A DNA stretch of 64,000 nucleotides from Atribacterota bacterium (GTDB taxonomy: Bacteria > Atribacterota > Phoenicimicrobiia > Phoenicimicrobiales > Stramentimicrobiaceae), in contig JAXGNR010000006.1 of NCBI GenBank assembly GCA_040767965.1, positions 128,001 to 192,000 of the forward strand, in the 5' to 3' direction. The notes beneath the pieces were generated by a model that did not search any database, was not told where the DNA came from, and was given only the letters and a program-made list of their open reading frames with translations. Positions 60,352-64,000 of this stretch are shown here, in pieces; position 1 is the first letter of the stretch, and every line of letters begins with the position of its first letter. Both the position numbers and the translations under genes were made by a program.

Positions 60352-61532
60352 ATTTCTTCCCCATTTTCTTGAAAATATTCAATTATCTGCATCCCAGCTC
60401 CTTTGGTATTGCACAACCCATAAACTATACCGTAGTCTTCAATAAACTGAAAAACTGTCTCTATGATCTGATCAGGATTTTTTCTCTTTTTTATCCGATA
60501 AATATTTTCAGAAGGATACCCAAAATCAGTTAATTTTTTCTGGCTTAGTGAACTAGTTGGACCAATAAGAATAATTTTTGAAAAGAAAAGATTATTGGCC
60601 AAAATTTGGTCAAACTGAATAGTTCGAGTAATACGGTCTTCCCGATGATTAACAATTGCTATTTTTTTCGCATGGATCGTTTTTTTGCCAGAAAATAATT
60701 TATTAACTTTTTCCCACACAAGCAAAAGAGATTCTTTGTCATTAACGGCAAAAGAATTAATAAACCAGAGTATCTTTTTATTTTTAACTAATTTATAAAT
60801 ACTCAAAGCTCCTGGATCAGGAGTAGCCTTGAGTATACCTTGAAGAGCTGTGTCAGTATCAATTTTTAATAATCTGCTTACCTCTAAAGCGATAGCGATA
60901 TTATCTTTAAAATATAAATGAGGTGTTTCTTCATAAGAAATTCCAGATAGCTTATCATAATCGGCTAAAATGGATTTGGTGTTTAATAAACTTGCGTATC
61001 CCTCGAAATAAGAAAAATATTTTTTTTCAGCTGTTACCGGCAAGCCATTCTCAGGAATTGTTGACTTTAAAGCATCAGCTATGTCTTGTAATTTAAAACC
61101 ATAAATATCCTGATGATCAGCTCGAACATTTGTGATTATCCCAATTGTTGATTTAATAAGTTGGTGTTCACTTACCCATTGAGTTTCAGGATTAACAGCC
61201 ATACACTCTACTACAATAGCATCAACTCCTTTTTTAGCTGCCCTTCTTACAAAATATTTTTGTTCAATGATATTTGCACCAAACTTTCTCCTAATTTCTT
61301 TTTCTGTACCATTTTCCAAAATAATTCTGGGGGCTGTCCCCGTTGTTTTAGCTAGTACAGAATAGCCAGCTTCTCTTAGGCAGGCTGCAATCAATCTTAC
61401 AGTAGTTGATTTCCCTCTGATACCATTAACATGAATACGAATGGGTATTTTTTTTATTATTATTTTATGTAAGAAATATTCCAGGAATCCAAAAATAGTT
61501 ATTAAAACTATAAGAAAAATTAGTATATACAA
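60321..61532 (-). CDS. pgsB: Poly-gamma-glutamate synthase PgsB/CapB
   Basis: IPIRIHVNGIRGKS, KTTGT, NIIEQ, ECMAV, TNVRADHQD, PDPGA, FAVND, N.R.DR..R. Confidence 0.95.
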   Translation of the reverse strand: MYILIFLIVLITIFGFLEYFLHKIIIKKIPIRIHVNGIRGKSTTVRLIAACLREAGYSVLAKTTGTAPRIILENGTEKEIRRKFGANIIEQKYFVRRAAKKGVDAIVVECMAVNPETQWVSEHQLIKSTIGIITNVRADHQDIYGFKLQDIADALKSTIPENGLPVTAEKKYFSYFEGYASLLNTKSILADYDKLSGISYEETPHLYFKDNIAIALEVSRLLKIDTDTALQGILKATPDPGALSIYKLVKNKKILWFINSFAVNDKESLLLVWEKVNKLFSGKKTIHAKKIAIVNHREDRITRTIQFDQILANNLFFSKIILIGPTSSLSQKKLTDFGYPSENIYRIKKRKNPDQIIETVFQFIEDYGIVYGLCNTKGAGMQIIEYFQENGEEICCIRQSELE

Positions 61533-61913
61533 GATAAGTTACCTTTTTTTTATTTTTAATGCTTATTTAATGTTTAATGGTTTTCTTTAATTTAATTTTT
61601 ACTATTAACTATTTTCTTGTATCTTTATCTCTTATTTTCCGATAAGTATAACAATAGCATGTAAATTTCTCTAAAATATTTTGGTAAACAAATCATGGTT
61701 AGCCTTTTTATTATTTAAAATAAAACTCCTTCCATTGTTTTCAATAAAATGATATATTAAATTGAAATAACCTACTTAAAAAACTGCTTAGCATAATAAA
61801 TTGTTCTTTTATTTTATCATATTTCCAAAGGATAGAGCCTAATTTCTTTTGTTGATTTTTTCATTTTGTTACTTTATTATTTAAATTCAATTACATAAAT
61901 TTTGGTTTACAAT

Positions 61914-63023
61914 ATGAAAAACTGGATAAAACCTTTCATTCCAATGAAATATATCATAATTGCTTTTTTGATAATCATTGTTGGCATGTTTTTCGTTGAA
62001 ACTACAAAAAAAACTGTTAATAGACCCTATTATCAGATCCAGGCAGAAGCAGCCCGAATAATGCTTCAATCTGCAAATTCTCTTCAGAAGGAAAAAACAT
62101 TAAAAAATATCCCGACTTCCAATGAATTAGATCCAAATCAGACTGGTCTGATAGGTATGGAATTTACTCCTCTTACAACTACTCTGGGTAATCTGACTGC
62201 AAAACGTACTTCTACTAATCCTGATTTTGCAGCATTAATGGTAAAATTTATGAAAGAGGCAAGATTAACATCCGGTGATTATATCGCAATAGGTGCCAGT
62301 GGCTCTTTTCCTGCCTTAGTAGTAGCAATTTTGTCTGCCTGTAAAGCCATGGAAATTAACCCTCTCATTATATATTCTATTGGATCTTCAGAATACGGCG
62401 CAAACATCCCTGGTTTTACATTTATAGAAATGTTGAATATTTTAAATAAAGAAAACATTTTACCTTATAAATTGTTAGCAGTGTCTCTAGGTGGAGAAAA
62501 TGATCAGGCAGAATCAATGCTTTACCCTGAATCAAAAGAATTAATTAACAGCATAGCCAGAGAATCAGGAATTTTTTTTATTAATACAAGTAATCTGGAA
62601 GAAAATATCCAGAAGAGAATTGATTTATATCAGGAAAGTACTGGTAAACAACCAATCAAATTGTTTGTAAATATTGGAGGAAATGTAGCTAATTATGGCA
62701 CTACATCTTCTTCCATCACCTTTCCAAATGGTCTTATATTACAACATTCAGAAATTCCCAATCATCCCACAAGAGGTTTAATCTTTGAATTTCAATCAAA
62801 AGATATTCCTGTTATAAATTTGTTAAATATAGTAGATTTAGCAATAAAAAACCAGCTAGCCATTGACCCTATTCCATTACCATCTGTTGGAAAGAGTAAT
62901 TTATATAAAGAAGTTCAATATTCAAAATGGTTGATTATTTTAATAATAATTATAGAAATTTTTTATCTCTGCTGGATATCCTCTTATAGAAAGATTTTAG
63001 CTCGTGATAGTGCTGAAATATAA
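61914..63023 (+). CDS. pgsW: Poly-gamma-glutamate system protein (PgsW-like)
   Basis: DPNQTGLIG, TTTLG.L.AKRT..NPDFAA, SGSFP, GSS.YGAN, NIGG; N- and C-terminal TM; start uncertain (61914/61943). Confidence 0.85.
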   Translation: MKNWIKPFIPMKYIIIAFLIIIVGMFFVETTKKTVNRPYYQIQAEAARIMLQSANSLQKEKTLKNIPTSNELDPNQTGLIGMEFTPLTTTLGNLTAKRTSTNPDFAALMVKFMKEARLTSGDYIAIGASGSFPALVVAILSACKAMEINPLIIYSIGSSEYGANIPGFTFIEMLNILNKENILPYKLLAVSLGGENDQAESMLYPESKELINSIARESGIFFINTSNLEENIQKRIDLYQESTGKQPIKLFVNIGGNVANYGTTSSSITFPNGLILQHSEIPNHPTRGLIFEFQSKDIPVINLLNIVDLAIKNQLAIDPIPLPSVGKSNLYKEVQYSKWLIILIIIIEIFYLCWISSYRKILARDSAEI

Positions 63024-63082
63024 AACCCTGATGTTAATACTACTTAAAAGCTTTTCTATTCAAGAATTTTTATTATTTAACT

Positions 63083-64000
63083 TTACATGTATTTATTCAG
63101 CAATATAGAAAAGAGAACCATTCCGAAAAGTGCAAATGGATATACTGCTCCATACCCTGCTGCAGGGTCATCACTGCCGACAGAATCAATTGCAGCACCT
63201 AATCCGGGGGTAGAAGTCATTCCTCCACAAATCGCTCCGGATAGCATCACCCAATTTATTTTAAATAAATATCTCCCTACAAAAAATCCAGCCAATAAAG
63301 GAATGGAACCAATGAAAATACCGGCAATTGCCAGAGAAAGCCCGGGTCCAGTCAAAGAATCGATAACCTGGTAGCCATATCTTATTCCAATAACTGCAAA
63401 GAAATAAGCAAGGGTTATTGACCTTAAGACTCCTAGAACCTTATTATCCATTCGAAAGCAAAAAGGACCAATATTACCAATATGACCTAGAAACAAGGCT
63501 GCAATAAGCACTCCACCTGTTGATCCCAGGCTTAATTCACCAAGGAATCCTAAAGGTATTTTGATAATCCCAATAAAATATCCAACCATACACACAAGAG
63601 CATATGCGCTTAAATCAAAGAAAACTTCTCTGACACTCTTATCTTCACTATTTTCCTGTATATCTTTTTTTGAACCAATACCTAATTCTTCTGCTAATAA
63701 TAATTTTTCTTTACTGGTATCTATTTTAAAAAGGACCGGAAAAAAATTCATAGCAAAAATAACAATAATAACACCGAATGGATAACTGACTGCATATCCG
63801 GTACCCACTGCGGCTTCTACATTTCTTACAAAATTACTCTTCTGTTCTTCTGTTAGCTCTTCTAAAATATTACTATTACTAGCCTCTGCATTTTTTTTAT
63901 TGTTTATTATATTAACTATTCTTTGTTTTTCAGATAAGCTTAAATGGGAATAATTCTCTAATAATTCACTGGAATGAGATCTTGCCGTCTCAATTGAAGC
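63083..64000 (-). CDS. YidE/AspT-family transporter, 5'-truncated by the window edge
   Basis: Frame open to 64000; duplicated motifs GYAVSYPFG and GGMTSTPGLG...GYGAVYPF. Confidence 0.85.
   Translation of the reverse strand, partial: ASIETARSHSSELLENYSHLSLSEKQRIVNIINNKKNAEASNSNILEELTEEQKSNFVRNVEAAVGTGYAVSYPFGVIIVIFAMNFFPVLFKIDTSKEKLLLAEELGIGSKKDIQENSEDKSVREVFFDLSAYALVCMVGYFIGIIKIPLGFLGELSLGSTGGVLIAALFLGHIGNIGPFCFRMDNKVLGVLRSITLAYFFAVIGIRYGYQVIDSLTGPGLSLAIAGIFIGSIPLLAGFFVGRYLFKINWVMLSGAICGGMTSTPGLGAAIDSVGSDDPAAGYGAVYPFALFGMVLFSILLNKYM

Noticed and set aside
16742-61532. Frequent TTG start codons (17476, 18771, 37744, 49744, 51058, 51823, 61532)
   Set aside because: About 7 of roughly 55 genes is within the range usual for low-GC anaerobes.
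61900-61913. TTGGTTTACAAT matching the -35-like word upstream of glnA
   Set aside because: It abuts the pgsW start and has no TACTTGTA partner; likely chance.
810-63785. Many 60-135 aa ORFs antisense to or nested in real genes (e.g. 5001-5351, 27313-27711, 36233-36598, 50751-51152)
   Set aside because: Shadow ORFs of well-supported genes, without RBS or recognisable motifs.
1-64000. CRISPR arrays, tRNA/rRNA, IS/transposase, integrase, prophage, toxin-antitoxin or defence genes
   Set aside because: No regularly spaced repeats, cloverleafs or relevant protein motifs were seen.

Overview
AT-rich (about 30% GC by eye), gene-dense core chromosome of an anaerobic bacterium. Firmicutes-like regulation (T-box, GSI-alpha glnA, HcpR-type site) occurs together with a TamB-like protein and non-lipidated solute-binding proteins, which suggests a diderm lineage such as Atribacterota; this is inference only. 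Contents in order: a TRAP/aldolase/SDR/ThDP-enzyme catabolic cluster; a T-box-controlled polar amino-acid ABC operon followed by two PLP enzymes; DUF362, an AmmeMemoRadiSam radical SAM enzyme, a phosphoesterase, a degenerate fucose-isomerase homologue and a DAK2-DegV fusion; glnA preceded by a small alternative sigma factor; a DHODH-like protein, a Deg protease, a Na/Pi symporter and tamB; hcpR/hcp with a clear operator; rimK-like and mscS genes; a Mo/W-cofactor operon under a P3-less (Wco-type) Moco RNA; purD-purH with an upstream degenerate Nudix protein; an alpha-glucan phosphorylase; an OmpR-family two-component system; a P-type ATPase with marR; a pgsB/pgsC/pgsW poly-gamma-glutamate locus; and a truncated YidE/AspT transporter. 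I saw no rRNA, tRNA, CRISPR array, IS element or prophage. The best candidate for an undescribed system is the sigma factor-glnA unit, which has a non-canonical promoter candidate and mutually complementary 5' and 3' hairpins. Other leads are orphan Shine-Dalgarno elements before both solute-binding-protein genes, a Lys/Arg T-box and a MoaC-MOSC fusion that lacks the usual MOSC cysteine.
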